IMG/VR virus record: IMGVR_UViG_3300003962_000013
Span: 50,785 to 114,784 of that record
Direction: 5' to 3' (one strand)
Source of the DNA: a virus
Lineage: Duplodnaviria; Caudoviricetes
DNA length: 64,000 nucleotides
Of the stretch, positions 1-10,092 are shown in pieces. The notes under the pieces are model-generated. The model had not been told where the DNA came from and made no database searches. It saw only the letters and a list, made by a program, of their open reading frames with translations. Within the stretch, counting starts at the first letter, position 1. Every line of letters starts with the position of its first letter. Both the position numbers and the translations under genes were made by a program.

Positions 1-1438
1 ATGTTATTCCATTTAATGAATTTACATCTGTTACGTCTACATATCCTATATTTTGAGTTGATCCTTGACGTACTGTTAATAATGTTTTTGTTCCTGGGGA
101 TGCTGATTTTATGGTTCCTACTCCTCCTTGTCTTGCCCCATAATGTCTTATATATCCTGTTACAATATATTCTTTTGAAGCTACTAATAATAAATCTATA
201 CTATTGGCTGCTGTTATTTGTCCTATCATAAGTCCATAAGTTTCAAAAACATCCCCCGATATTGTAGTATCTCCTTGAAACCAAAGTTCTCCAGAAACTG
301 TTAATTTATTAGTTAAGGTTAATGTAGTAAGACCTGTAGTTGTAGTTATATTATTCCAAATTATACCATCAGTAGCTAAAGTGCAATTAGATGATATACT
401 CATAGTAGATCCAGTAGTAATTACTGTTCCTGCGGTATATGTAAAAGTATTTAAATTAAATCTTAAAGTAGTTCCTATAGTTATTGTTCCTAATGTGTTT
501 ATTTCAATATTAATTCTAAAATTACCCGTTGAACTTGTATTTTGAATTGTTCCAGTTCCGTTTAAAATTATATTTGTTGTTCCCGAAACCATTGTGTTTA
601 CCTTTGTATTTAAACCGCCTCCAACATATAAATTAAACCCATTTATTGCAAATGTAACAGCACTTCCATCACCCAACAAAGTCCCTGACATTGTTATATC
701 ATTTGACAATGTTAAAACAGTATTGTTTAATGCAGTTATATTTCCGAAATTCAAACCCGTTCCCGTAAAAGTTACGTTTCCTGTTAATGCCGTAGTACTC
801 CCAATTGAAGCCATTGTTCCCGAAATCCAAGTTACTATATTTCCGTTTAGATAAAAATTGTTTGACAATGTAAATGTTCCTACTGTATTAATTGTAATCG
901 GGTTTGAAATATATGCCGCTCCAGCGGCCCATGAAGTTGTGCCTGTAATGTGTATCGCTGTTGTGCCGTTTACGGTACACCCATTTCCGTGACTTATTGA
1001 TGTTCCACTAACGTATAAAATAGAACCATTTAAAGTTACAGTTATAGCAGCGTTGACAAACGTTAAAATGCTTGAAACGTCCCAATTATCAGCAAGAGTT
1101 ACTGTAATCGTATTTGAAAATTGTAATCTCGGAATATCTTTTCCATTACTTGTTAGAGTTGAAGTTGCATTGACTACTAAACTTGTTGTAAATGTACCCC
1201 AAACAACACTTGCTCCAAGTGTAACATTTCCACTAACAGTCAATCCGGCCGTGTTTACAAATGTTCCCGAATAAGTCCCGAAATTAATTGTTTTACAAAC
1301 AGCTGCAGATGTAACACTACAATTCACATTGGTACTAAATATTACATCATCGGCATTTGTAGGTACAAAACCCTCAGACCAATTAGTAGCAGTAGTCCAA
1401 TTATTATTAGTTGCTCCTGTCCAAGTTCTTGTAGGCAT
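1..1438 (-). CDS. Fibre/adhesin-like virion protein, partial (runs off the window edge)
   Basis: Not in the ORF track because no stop is reached. ATG at 1438 gives MPTRTWTGATNNNWTTATNWSEGFVPTNADDVIF, a W-x-G...W...NW...VP...DDV motif typical of beta-helical adhesins. The same frame is open at the left edge (…DVTDVNSLNGIT); the middle was not checked codon by codon. Confidence 0.7.
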   Translation of the reverse strand, partial: MPTRTWTGATNNNWTTATNWSEGFVPTNADDVIFSTNVNCSVTSAAVCKTINFGTYSGTFVNTAGLTVSGNVTLGASVVWGTFTTSLVVNATSTLTSNGKDIPRLQFSNTITVTLADNWDVSSILTFVNAAITVTLNGSILYVSGTSISHGNGCTVNGTTAIHITGTTSWAAGAAYISNPITINTVGTFTLSNNFYLNGNIVTWISGTMASIGSTTALTGNVTFTGTGLNFGNITALNNTVLTLSNDITMSGTLLGDGSAVTFAINGFNLYVGGGLNTKVNTMVSGTTNIILNGTGTIQNTSSTGNFRINIEINTLGTITIGTTLRFNLNTFTYTAGTVITTGSTMSISSNCTLATDGIIWNNITTTTGLTTLTLTNKLTVSGELWFQGDTTISGDVFETYGLMIGQITAANSIDLLLVASKEYIVTGYIRHYGARQGGVGTIKSASPGTKTLLTVRQGSTQNIGYVDVTDVNSLNGIT

Positions 1439-1632
1439 TATTCTTTAGGAACTATATTTAAATTATTATTTTCAGTTATTTCTCTGTTTTGAATACCTCT
1501 AATTATATCTGCTTCATCTTTAGGCATAAAATGAGGTATATCAATTATTTTAGTTGAACCATCACTTAAAGTAAATTCTACAGTAGTGATAACTGTTATT
1601 TGATCTCTTCTATTTACTATTGTATATGACAT
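1438..1632 (-). CDS. Small hypothetical protein (possible fibre accessory)
   Basis: 64 aa ORF tightly coupled between two fibre-like genes. Confidence 0.55.
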   Translation of the reverse strand: MSYTIVNRRDQITVITTVEFTLSDGSTKIIDIPHFMPKDEADIIRGIQNREITENNNLNIVPKE

Positions 1633-1638
1633 AATTTA

Positions 1639-4059
1639 TTATATTTTTTTATGTGTTATTAATTCTAATCTAGCCCATGTACACAATGATGATGTAAGCA
1701 CATTAAATCCAATTATATATCCATTATCAAAAGATGATGTCCAATTAGTTAAATTAGTACTCGAAGTTATAAGACTAGCTGTTATAAAAGGTATTTGAGC
1801 ATCTGTTATTGTATTCGAACCTATAGGAAATTCAGTTTGGGATGAAGTAACCCACACATCTATTTTTAATGCTCCTGTTGGACTACACATTAAATTCCAT
1901 CCAACAAAGCTTCCTGAATATGATAATCTTGAATAATTTTTTTGTCCTGTAGTTATAACTCCCCCTTGACCATCTAAAATTAATACTACTGATCCTGTAT
2001 TATTACTAATTGCTACATTTCCACCACCTGTTCCTCCATTCAAAGCATATGAAGCTGTTAGAGCATAAGATGCAGTTCCCAACAAACTTCCAGTAAATGA
2101 ACCAGTGAATGAACCAGTTGTTGTTCCACCCGTTGAATTTAAAGCATATGAGGCTGTTAGAGCATAACTAGAACTTAATGCTTGAGATGAAGTTGCACTA
2201 TATGAAGAACTTATTACTGATCCACCATAATATGATGCTGTAGAGGCATATGAAGCACTCGCTACAGAACCTCCATAATAACTGGCTGTTTGAGCTGTTA
2301 TAACATAAGATGCAGTATTAGCATTAGATGCGGTTATAACATTAGTTGCCCAACTTGCAGTACCATTTAAATTTCCTATAAATGATCCAGTAAATGAACC
2401 GGTGTTATATGAGCCAGTAAATGCATTAAAACTTGAAGTGGTTACAAATGAACCAGTATCAATTGTAGTTCCGGCATTTAAGGAATAACTTGCTGTTATA
2501 GCATAACTTGAAGTACCCTGTAATGAACCTGTAAATGAAGTGGCTTCTAAACTTCCTGTTAATCCATAAGATCCAGTTAATTGTTTTGAATTAATCCATA
2601 CACTTCCACTTTTTACTAATAAATCTCCATATGAACTAGTAGTAGAAGAATTTATTACATCATGTAATTCTCCTATCTCATATCCATTCATTATATCAAC
2701 ATATATTACCCCATCAACTGCTTGAGTAATAGTTTTCCCTAATCTCACTTCATGCAGAGGAGATATTGGTAATGTTGATGTATAATCTCCACTTGATGAA
2801 AGATATAATTGAGTACCAGGAGAATAAGCAGTAGTATCTATTCCTCTTATTAATCCATTAGTAATTACATAACCTGTTTGATTGTTAGAAATATTTTGTG
2901 CTACCCATCCTACTGTGGTTGAAGATTGAGCTTCATTAGAATAACTTGCTGTTACAACGGTAGGTCTATTTCCACTTTCACCATTAACATATACTATTTT
3001 TCCTTTAGCTAATACATCCCCAGTTACATTTCTTACTCTAACAACATTTTGATGACCAACTTCAATCATAAAGTTGTTCACATCAGTATCTATTTGGATT
3101 GTTTTAACATCATCTTTCCAATGTATTCTTCCTTCTTGATGAGGATAACCATCTACTGTTACAAAATCTATGTAATCTACAGTTGATATATGAGATTGTG
3201 TTACGAGTAATGATCCAGTTAATATTACATTTTGATGTAATGGATTAACATATGAAGCAGTAGAAGCATTTGAAGCACTTAAAGCTTGTAAAGCATAAGA
3301 TGCTGTACCTAATAAACTTCCTGTGAATGAACCTGTAAATGAGCTTGTATTATATGAAGAACTAAAAGTTAAAAAACTACTTGATAATAAAACAATACTG
3401 GAGCTGTTGTTTAAAATGCGAGTATTGAAAGAAGCACTATCTACATAATACGATGCAGTAAAATTGTTAAATGAGCTGCTTAATAATAGAGATCCAGTGT
3501 TATTACTTGTTAATAAATCATATCCATTTAAGGTTCCTGATCCTGTTATATCTAAAGATCCTGTAAATTGAGCAGGACCTATGTTTTTAAATGTATTTGA
3601 ACCACTAACTATTAATGAACCAGTTACTACTGCATTACCTACAATTTGTAATCCATTACCATAAAAACTAGAAGCAGTAATTGGAAGTGTAGTTACATTT
3701 CCATTGTTTGTTATATCTTGTAAATTAGCTGAGAATGAACCAGTAAACGAACCACTAAAAACTCCACCCCCATTTCCGTAAAATGAACCAGTAAAGTAGG
3801 GGGAGGAGATGGTATTAGCATTTATACTTCCTGAAACATTGATTGAACCTGTAAAATTAAAAGAACCAGATGTTGGAAATTCACCTTTGGCTCCCATAGG
3901 TCCTGTCAGTATTTGTACTACAGAAGTTACTGGTTGAGTAACGGAAACTTCAGTACAACAATTATTATCAATTACAGTAATAGATTTATTATTATCTTGT
4001 AAAATGACTTGATTGTTGTTAGGAATAATATTTATTGGGCCTACACAATTATCTACCAT
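1639..4059 (-). CDS. Tail fibre-like protein with FTGS/TASYA repeats
   Basis: 806 aa; many FTGSFTGSL-GTASYA repeats; central capsid-cement-like segment (GLIRGIDT…PGTQLYLS). Confidence 0.65.
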   Translation of the reverse strand: MVDNCVGPINIIPNNNQVILQDNNKSITVIDNNCCTEVSVTQPVTSVVQILTGPMGAKGEFPTSGSFNFTGSINVSGSINANTISSPYFTGSFYGNGGGVFSGSFTGSFSANLQDITNNGNVTTLPITASSFYGNGLQIVGNAVVTGSLIVSGSNTFKNIGPAQFTGSLDITGSGTLNGYDLLTSNNTGSLLLSSSFNNFTASYYVDSASFNTRILNNSSSIVLLSSSFLTFSSSYNTSSFTGSFTGSLLGTASYALQALSASNASTASYVNPLHQNVILTGSLLVTQSHISTVDYIDFVTVDGYPHQEGRIHWKDDVKTIQIDTDVNNFMIEVGHQNVVRVRNVTGDVLAKGKIVYVNGESGNRPTVVTASYSNEAQSSTTVGWVAQNISNNQTGYVITNGLIRGIDTTAYSPGTQLYLSSSGDYTSTLPISPLHEVRLGKTITQAVDGVIYVDIMNGYEIGELHDVINSSTTSSYGDLLVKSGSVWINSKQLTGSYGLTGSLEATSFTGSLQGTSSYAITASYSLNAGTTIDTGSFVTTSSFNAFTGSYNTGSFTGSFIGNLNGTASWATNVITASNANTASYVITAQTASYYGGSVASASYASTASYYGGSVISSSYSATSSQALSSSYALTASYALNSTGGTTTGSFTGSFTGSLLGTASYALTASYALNGGTGGGNVAISNNTGSVVLILDGQGGVITTGQKNYSRLSYSGSFVGWNLMCSPTGALKIDVWVTSSQTEFPIGSNTITDAQIPFITASLITSSTNLTNWTSSFDNGYIIGFNVLTSSLCTWARLELITHKKI

Positions 4060-4439
4060 TATCTAGTTATTTCTTTAGATAGTTTTACTTGTCCTTCTAA
4101 AATTCTAGTTACTATACTCCCTGAGTGAATTTCTAAATCATATAATCCTGTGTCAAAATCTAATAATGAAGAAGAGATTGCAGAAATATATATACCTATA
4201 GAGCCGGAGGTTGGGGGTGTAGAATTGTTAGATCCACTAAAATTTAATCCTGTTCCATCCGCTTGAAGAGAACTACTTAAAGTAATATATACTGTAGATG
4301 AAGGTTGAGTAGGACGTATTTGCATTCTTCCTCCATAAGATGAAAGATCTATAGGATTCCCTGAGGAATCTTTGTATTGAAGTTCTAAATTTAAAGTTGA
4401 ACCTTGTTCTATTAAAAATGAATATCTCCCTGCGCTCAT
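4059..4439 (-). CDS. Ig-like virion structural protein (BppU-N-like)
   Basis: IEQGST…PIDLSSY…MQIR…YDLEI…VTRILEG pattern. Confidence 0.55.
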   Translation of the reverse strand: MSAGRYSFLIEQGSTLNLELQYKDSSGNPIDLSSYGGRMQIRPTQPSSTVYITLSSSLQADGTGLNFSGSNNSTPPTSGSIGIYISAISSSLLDFDTGLYDLEIHSGSIVTRILEGQVKLSKEITR

Positions 4440-4441
4440 AA

Positions 4442-5026
4442 TTATTTTAATTGATTTGATTTATTTCTATTTCCTATTTGATTAGAACCATATTGTTCTG
4501 CTATTTCTGTTGTTTTAAAACGAGGCATTAAATTAGTATAGTGAAAACACTTTTGTTGTTCTTCTAATTTAGTTAAATCAAATTTTGAACAAGGTTTAAT
4601 ATGATCTATTTCCCATATTTTTCCATAATTATTCCAATCCATTTTATTGATGAATTGTTGTTCTAAATATAATTTAAATTCAATTACTGAGCATCCTAAT
4701 AATGTTATAATAGATTTTGATTTTGAATTGGAATTAATTGCTTTAAAAAATCTAGATCTTAGATTATCAGAAATTCTAAATTGGATATTATTTTTTCTTT
4801 TATTGGATTTATAAATATTACTATATATAGTTTTTCTTTTTCTATTTATAATATTATATTTTTTAAAATATAATTTTTGTTGTTCTTTAATACTATTTTT
4901 ATATTGTTTAGTACATAATTTACATCTAGGTTCTTTCCCATCTGGAGAGTTTTTGTTATTTGAAAAATAATTATTCTCTTGTGGGATTTTACATTTATTA
5001 CAAATTTTTGTATATAAATATTGCAT
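4442..5026 (-). CDS. HNH homing endonuclease
   Basis: CxxC/CKxC N-terminus; WEIDHIKPC…CFHYTNL core; own ATATTTATAA motif upstream. Confidence 0.8.
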   Translation of the reverse strand: MQYLYTKICNKCKIPQENNYFSNNKNSPDGKEPRCKLCTKQYKNSIKEQQKLYFKKYNIINRKRKTIYSNIYKSNKRKNNIQFRISDNLRSRFFKAINSNSKSKSIITLLGCSVIEFKLYLEQQFINKMDWNNYGKIWEIDHIKPCSKFDLTKLEEQQKCFHYTNLMPRFKTTEIAEQYGSNQIGNRNKSNQLK

Positions 5027-5060
5027 TTTTTATTTTATTATAAATATTAAAAAGGTTAAA

Positions 5061-5086
5061 AAAGCTACCCATGTTAATGAGTAGCT
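5061..5086 (-). terminator. Intrinsic terminator after phoH
   Basis: AGCTAC(T)CAT-TAAC-ATG(G)GTAGCT hairpin followed by a T-run on the minus strand. Confidence 0.6.
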
Positions 5087-5134
5087 ATTATTATATTAAC
5101 TTTGCAGAATTAATATAATTAATTAAACCAATGT

Positions 5135-5818
5135 TTAATCTCGAAATTCATCATATACTTTTAAAATGTCTTCAACTATTTCATGTCGATGATTTTTCTT
5201 TAAAGTAACAATTCTAACACCTTTGATTCTTTCTTCTAAACGTGGAAAAAAACCAATACCTGATTCTTTTTTGCTTTTTAAATCTACTTGAGCTAAATCA
5301 CCACAAAATACTATTTTACCGCCTTTACCTAAACGACCTAACATCATTTCAGTTTGTGGTCCTGTAATATTTTGACATTCATCTACTATAACAAAACAAT
5401 TAGGAAATGTTCTACCTCTCATAAATGCAAATGGTACAATTTCAATCTGATTTTCTTGAACCATTTTATCTATTTTTTCTTTATCATATAATAAATATAA
5501 ATTAGAATATATTGGAGCTAGCCAAGGGTCCATTTTTTCTTTTAAATCACCTGGGAGGAAACCAATTTCTTCTTTTGATACAGTTGGACGCGTAATAACA
5601 ATTTTATCCATTTCTTTTTTGAAAACCATATCTAAAGCAATTTGACATGCCACCAATGTTTTTCCTGAGCCAGCCATCCCTTTAAGTAATGTAACAGGAT
5701 TTTCCAATATAATTTGTTTGGCTTCTTTTTGTTCTTCGTTAAGTGATAACTTGAACTTTATTTCTCCTTTTGGTTTTCGTTTTTCTTTGAAAACATCTTC
5801 ATTATTGTTTTGAGACAT
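5135..5818 (-). CDS. phoH: PhoH-family ATPase
   Basis: GMAGSGKT Walker A; IGFLPGDLKEKMDPW; FMRGRTF; VDECQN; GDLAQVD. Confidence 0.95.
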   Translation of the reverse strand: MSQNNNEDVFKEKRKPKGEIKFKLSLNEEQKEAKQIILENPVTLLKGMAGSGKTLVACQIALDMVFKKEMDKIVITRPTVSKEEIGFLPGDLKEKMDPWLAPIYSNLYLLYDKEKIDKMVQENQIEIVPFAFMRGRTFPNCFVIVDECQNITGPQTEMMLGRLGKGGKIVFCGDLAQVDLKSKKESGIGFFPRLEERIKGVRIVTLKKNHRHEIVEDILKVYDEFRD

Positions 5819-5836
5819 AATTTTTGTTTATAAATA

Positions 5837-6556
5837 TTAATTAAATTTTACTTTAACCAAAGGATCGATTCCTGCTTCGATATGCCATGTATTTTGTTGA
5901 CATAAAGTAAAATCATATCTTTCGTCAAACGGAAGTATTAATTCTGCTTGGCTACCCCATCTTACTAAAGCAAATCGTTGGTTTTGAGAAAATAATTCAT
6001 TTTGACCTAAAACAAAAGGACATATTACATTTACATCTTCATCTGCTATTAAAGTAATATAATAAGTGTAATCAAGTAGTGATGAATAAACTTCAACTAA
6101 CATTCTTTCATTATACTTCAGATAATCCATATTATCAGGATTAATAGCTTGATTCAATAAATCTTTTTCAACTGCGAGCATTGGTCTGTTTGTTGACTCA
6201 ATAGGTTCTAGTTGTTTATAACGTACTACTCCTCCATAAGGAATACGAATTATATGAGGGTCATAAAATGATAAAAATACACCCACAACAAGTGAAGGTT
6301 TATTATATGTTTTATCACCTATAACATCTTGTAAAGTGTAATTTATACCTTTTATCTCAACTACTTTATCTGATGGATTATTTATATGTTTTTGATACAT
6401 TATAGTTCCATCACAAGGTGAGTAGAAATGTTCGTTATCAATATAATTAGGCCTCTGCGGATCGCGGAAAAAAAACTGTGTGCTAAGTTTGGTGAGATTC
6501 ATTTTTTTACATTTGGAAATGTCTTCTTTAATCCACTGTTCTAACGATTTACTCAT
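5837..6556 (-). CDS. Phosphatidylserine decarboxylase-like pyruvoyl enzyme
   Basis: FFFRDPQR, YSPCDG, VFLSFYDPHIIRIPYGG and RWGSQ self-cleavage motif; no N-terminal membrane anchor. Confidence 0.8.
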   Translation of the reverse strand: MSKSLEQWIKEDISKCKKMNLTKLSTQFFFRDPQRPNYIDNEHFYSPCDGTIMYQKHINNPSDKVVEIKGINYTLQDVIGDKTYNKPSLVVGVFLSFYDPHIIRIPYGGVVRYKQLEPIESTNRPMLAVEKDLLNQAINPDNMDYLKYNERMLVEVYSSLLDYTYYITLIADEDVNVICPFVLGQNELFSQNQRFALVRWGSQAELILPFDERYDFTLCQQNTWHIEAGIDPLVKVKFN

Positions 6557-7194
6557 AATATTTTATTTGATTTATTTCTATTTCCTATTTTATCTTTATA
6601 ACCAAAAGATTGAGCAATTTTAGTAGTCTTAAATATAGGTCTAGTATTCTTATAATTAAAACATTCTTTTTGTTGTTCTATATCTTCTAAATCAAATCTA
6701 CTACAAGGTTTAATATGATCTATTTCCCAAACTATCCCATGATTTTCCCAAGTAAATTCAGGGAGAAATTGTTGTTCTAAATATAATTTATAAAATATTA
6801 TTGTACAACCTATAAATTCTAAAGTATTATTTTGTTTAGTAATATTATTAGTATGTAAAACTTCTCTAATTCTATTACTTATATTTAATCTTAATTTAAC
6901 TTGTTTATTAGAATGATATTGTTTTACTCTATATTTATTTATCTTTTTTCTACTAATTAAATTATATTCTTTTTGGTAATTGTATTTTTCATAGTGAATT
7001 TTGTGATAATCATGTCTTGCTTTTTTATTTTCAGAATGATAATTACTACTATACCCTCTTTTACATCCCTTACATTGATTTTCTAAACCATCTTTAGTTC
7101 TATTATGTTTATAAAAATTATTTAGTGTTTTAAATTCATTACAAACTCTACAATTCTTTTTTAGCTCTATCTCTTTGTCGTTGTTTTTCATCAC
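6553..7194 (-). CDS. HNH homing endonuclease
   Basis: CRVC…CKGC; WEIDHIKPC; C-terminus shared with 4442..5026 (FKTT…IGNRNKSN). Confidence 0.8.
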   Translation of the reverse strand: MMKNNDKEIELKKNCRVCNEFKTLNNFYKHNRTKDGLENQCKGCKRGYSSNYHSENKKARHDYHKIHYEKYNYQKEYNLISRKKINKYRVKQYHSNKQVKLRLNISNRIREVLHTNNITKQNNTLEFIGCTIIFYKLYLEQQFLPEFTWENHGIVWEIDHIKPCSRFDLEDIEQQKECFNYKNTRPIFKTTKIAQSFGYKDKIGNRNKSNKIL

Positions 7195-7288
7195 ATTTTT
7201 CTTTGTTTTTCCAATAATATTTCTTGGATGCCTTAGCTCTAGAAGCTTGCTTCTCTTCAGGAGTATTGTATTTTTTTAGGCGGCCCAT
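7148..7288 (-). CDS. Small basic protein (46 aa) overlapping the HNH start
   Basis: Read by hand: MGRLKKYNTPEEKQASRAKASKKYYWKNKEKCDEKQRQRDRAKKEL*; preceded by an ATATTTATAT motif. Confidence 0.55.
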   Translation of the reverse strand: MGRLKKYNTPEEKQASRAKASKKYYWKNKEKCDEKQRQRDRAKKEL

Positions 7289-7341
7289 TTATCGGATATA
7301 AATATGTTAAAAAGAATAAAGATCAAAAGAAAGATGACAAG

Positions 7342-8256
7342 TTATACAACTGATTTTTTATAATCTACATAATTCAAGTTTAAGATACAGCAACTGAGAA
7401 GTGCACCTGATTTCATATATTCACTTAAATTAAATATAATAGGTTCTAAACCTTCTTCTCCACATATCTTAGTTAAATTATCTATTTTAGTTTTTTCTAA
7501 TTGGTAATCTTCTGATTTTTTATCTAATTCAGAAATATTTGAAGCACATAAAATCATATTACCCAATCTAGCTGAATTAGTTATTCCACCAAATGCATCA
7601 TCCTCACTTACGTCTATAACCTTAGTATAGCATTTTAACTCACTTATCTCATCTGGAGTATATAAGGATGTACAAATCATAGTTTTCTCATTTGTTAACG
7701 GGAAAACTGAACAATCTAAATGGTATAAATAAGGTTCAACCATATGTAATCTAATAATTTTCATATCAAAATTTTGTTCCATCCAATCATAAGCTTCTAA
7801 GGTTGAACGTTGTCCATAACCTCCAACATATATGTTATCTTTTAGATATTTAAGATCTGCAACACCTTCCCATTTAAATGGACAAATAAATGTTTCATAC
7901 CCCATCATATCAAAAAATTCCTTACCAATCCATTCTTCACCACGTCTTGGTTCTGAAGTATAATTAGATAATAACATTACATTACGATCTTTGATATGAG
8001 GTAAATGTAAACCTAAATTAGCTACATATACTTGGTCTTGAAAATCACCTTTACTAGGTAATAAATAAACTAATCCTTGACCAGCCATAAAGCTATATAA
8101 ATCCATGAATTGTTTATAGGCTTTAGGTCTATTAATTTCTAATTCTTCAGGTTTAAGTTCTTCCATCCAAATATTATTTGGTTCTTTTGCGGATAAGGTG
8201 AATGGAAAATTCATTACATAACTAGGTATGTTTAATTGTGATGGAGTTTCTTTCAT
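7342..8256 (-). CDS. Amidinotransferase/DDAH-like (pentein) enzyme
   Basis: NNIWM, DQVYVAN, RRGE, WEG-AD, YHLDC and C-terminal KSGALLSCC catalytic Cys motif. Confidence 0.88.
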   Translation of the reverse strand: MKETPSQLNIPSYVMNFPFTLSAKEPNNIWMEELKPEELEINRPKAYKQFMDLYSFMAGQGLVYLLPSKGDFQDQVYVANLGLHLPHIKDRNVMLLSNYTSEPRRGEEWIGKEFFDMMGYETFICPFKWEGVADLKYLKDNIYVGGYGQRSTLEAYDWMEQNFDMKIIRLHMVEPYLYHLDCSVFPLTNEKTMICTSLYTPDEISELKCYTKVIDVSEDDAFGGITNSARLGNMILCASNISELDKKSEDYQLEKTKIDNLTKICGEEGLEPIIFNLSEYMKSGALLSCCILNLNYVDYKKSVV

Positions 8257-8282
8257 TTTTTAAATTTAATTTATTAATACTT

Positions 8283-8311
8283 AATATATAATAAGTATAT
8301 TGTATCTCCAA
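8283..8311 (-). promoter_or_regulatory. Sigma70-like promoter for the amidinotransferase gene
   Basis: TTGGAG-N17-TATATT. Confidence 0.6.
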
Positions 8312-8335
8312 GGAATTTTTAGAAAGAAGTAAAGA

Positions 8336-8362
8336 AAAAGAAAAGCCGAGCTGAGCTCGGCC
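8336..8362 (-). terminator. Intrinsic terminator after the major capsid gene
   Basis: GCCGAGC-TCA-GCTCGGC followed by TTTTCTTTT. Confidence 0.8.
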
Positions 8363-8391
8363 TTATCTTTTAACACTATTATGTTAATTTA

Positions 8392-10053
8392 TTATAGAGT
8401 TGTTAAACCACTAACATAAATCTTACCATAGAATTCTGGTCTTAACATTTTCTTAGCGTAACGAGTCATTAAACCTTTACGTGGAGTGAAAGTTGATGGA
8501 TCGTACACAAGTGGTGTCATGATCAATGGAATATATGGAGCGAAAACGGCACCTGATTCAAGGAATTGTTTACCTCTGAATCCCATCAATATTACGTTTT
8601 CAGTCATATAAGGGTTCTTATAAACTGTGTAACGGTTGTTGATAGCACCAACTTTTTGAACACCCATTGCAAATTCCATATTTGCAGCATCACCATTAGA
8701 GTTAGCAGCAAATCCTGGGATTGATTCTAAAACTGTTGCTACAGTTGGAGAACATACTAAGAAATTTGCACCACCTCTTAAAGTTAACTGGTGAATCTTG
8801 TTACTTACTTTTTGCATTTTAGTACCAAGTGTTTGGAACCACTGACCTTGAGAGTTGTAGTAACCTAAACTTGCTGTGAAATCTGTACTACCTGCATTTA
8901 AAGTAGTGTTGTTAACTACTGACCAATATTCAGTTGCTGCAGCAGCATCTTCAATTAACATATCTAAGATTTCCAAATCAATTTCCATTGAAATGTATTC
9001 ACTCATGATGTTAGTTAATTCAGCTTCAGCATCAATGTTTTGGTAAGCATTTAAATCTTGAGCAAATTCAGGAGTCCATACTGCTTTTAATTTTTTAGTT
9101 TTAGCAGTGATAGCTTGAGATTGCATCTTGATATTGATTTCTGGAATTACAATTGTACTTGCACTTTGAGCATTCGGTACTGAGAATGAAGGAGCAGAAG
9201 TATCTTCGAAATCACCACGGTTATTATCAACAGTAGCTTTATTGTAGTAAAGCGTACTTCCAGCAGAAGTACCAGAACCATTAGTTTCAGCTGTTGAAGC
9301 AGTGAAATAGAAAATAATACTTGCAGCACCATCAAATGAAGTAAATGCTGGTAAAGATTTAGCTACTGTAGCAGCAGAACCAGAAGTTAATACGAATGCA
9401 CGGATACCTTCGATATCAAAGTTTGGAATACTACCTGTTGAAACTGTGAATGATTTAATTTCACCTCTAGCTGCAGAAGCTGATAAAGCTGAATCATACA
9501 TTACACTAGCCCAAGAAGCTGTAGCTACTGTAGCACTAACTGTTGATGATGTTTGGTTTGTAGAATATGCGAAACGACCAGCTCCATAAAGACCACCTGT
9601 TGTATCAGTTGTTTGGAATGGGAAACGAGCGTTTGCGTTACGGTTACCATATAATGAGTTACCTGAAGAGAATGGGTTAACACTAGTTCCGTATTGGAAA
9701 TCTAAGAAGAACACAAGACCTGAAGGTAAGTTCATTGGTTGAACTGAAACGAATTCTTTAGCTGCAATTTGACCAAATACTTTACGTACTAATGGTAATG
9801 CGATTCCAGCCCAGTTTTCAGATTGACCTACAGTAAATGTACCTGCAGATGTTCCAGCACCAGTTTGACTAGTTTCTACGACTAATTGTTTTGCTTGGTT
9901 TTCAAGAATAAGAGCCATATTGTTACGCTCAACATCTGAACCAAATCCTTCCAAAAGACCTGTTTTAGACCATTTGGTAGCTAGTTTAGAAGCATCACTT
10001 TGAAGTGATTTCCATGGATTAGCTGATTCCAATAATGATTGAATTGAATTCAT
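8392..10053 (-). CDS. gp23: Major capsid protein (T4 gp23-like)
   Basis: ILENQ, PLVRKVF, VSVQPM-PSGLVF, TAKTKKLKAVWTPEFAQDL, FAPYIPL, FTPRKGLMTRYA. Confidence 0.97.
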   Translation of the reverse strand: MNSIQSLLESANPWKSLQSDASKLATKWSKTGLLEGFGSDVERNNMALILENQAKQLVVETSQTGAGTSAGTFTVGQSENWAGIALPLVRKVFGQIAAKEFVSVQPMNLPSGLVFFLDFQYGTSVNPFSSGNSLYGNRNANARFPFQTTDTTGGLYGAGRFAYSTNQTSSTVSATVATASWASVMYDSALSASAARGEIKSFTVSTGSIPNFDIEGIRAFVLTSGSAATVAKSLPAFTSFDGAASIIFYFTASTAETNGSGTSAGSTLYYNKATVDNNRGDFEDTSAPSFSVPNAQSASTIVIPEINIKMQSQAITAKTKKLKAVWTPEFAQDLNAYQNIDAEAELTNIMSEYISMEIDLEILDMLIEDAAAATEYWSVVNNTTLNAGSTDFTASLGYYNSQGQWFQTLGTKMQKVSNKIHQLTLRGGANFLVCSPTVATVLESIPGFAANSNGDAANMEFAMGVQKVGAINNRYTVYKNPYMTENVILMGFRGKQFLESGAVFAPYIPLIMTPLVYDPSTFTPRKGLMTRYAKKMLRPEFYGKIYVSGLTTL

Positions 10054-10092
10054 GTTTGTTTTTAATTGTTTTTTAGTTATTTTTTAGTTTAA

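Noticed and set aside
1639-4059. Repeated GAACCAGTAAAT / GCATAAGATGC-type units as a CRISPR array or DGR
   Set aside because: They are degenerate in-frame protein repeats (FTGS, ASYA). There are no spacers, cas genes or reverse transcriptase.
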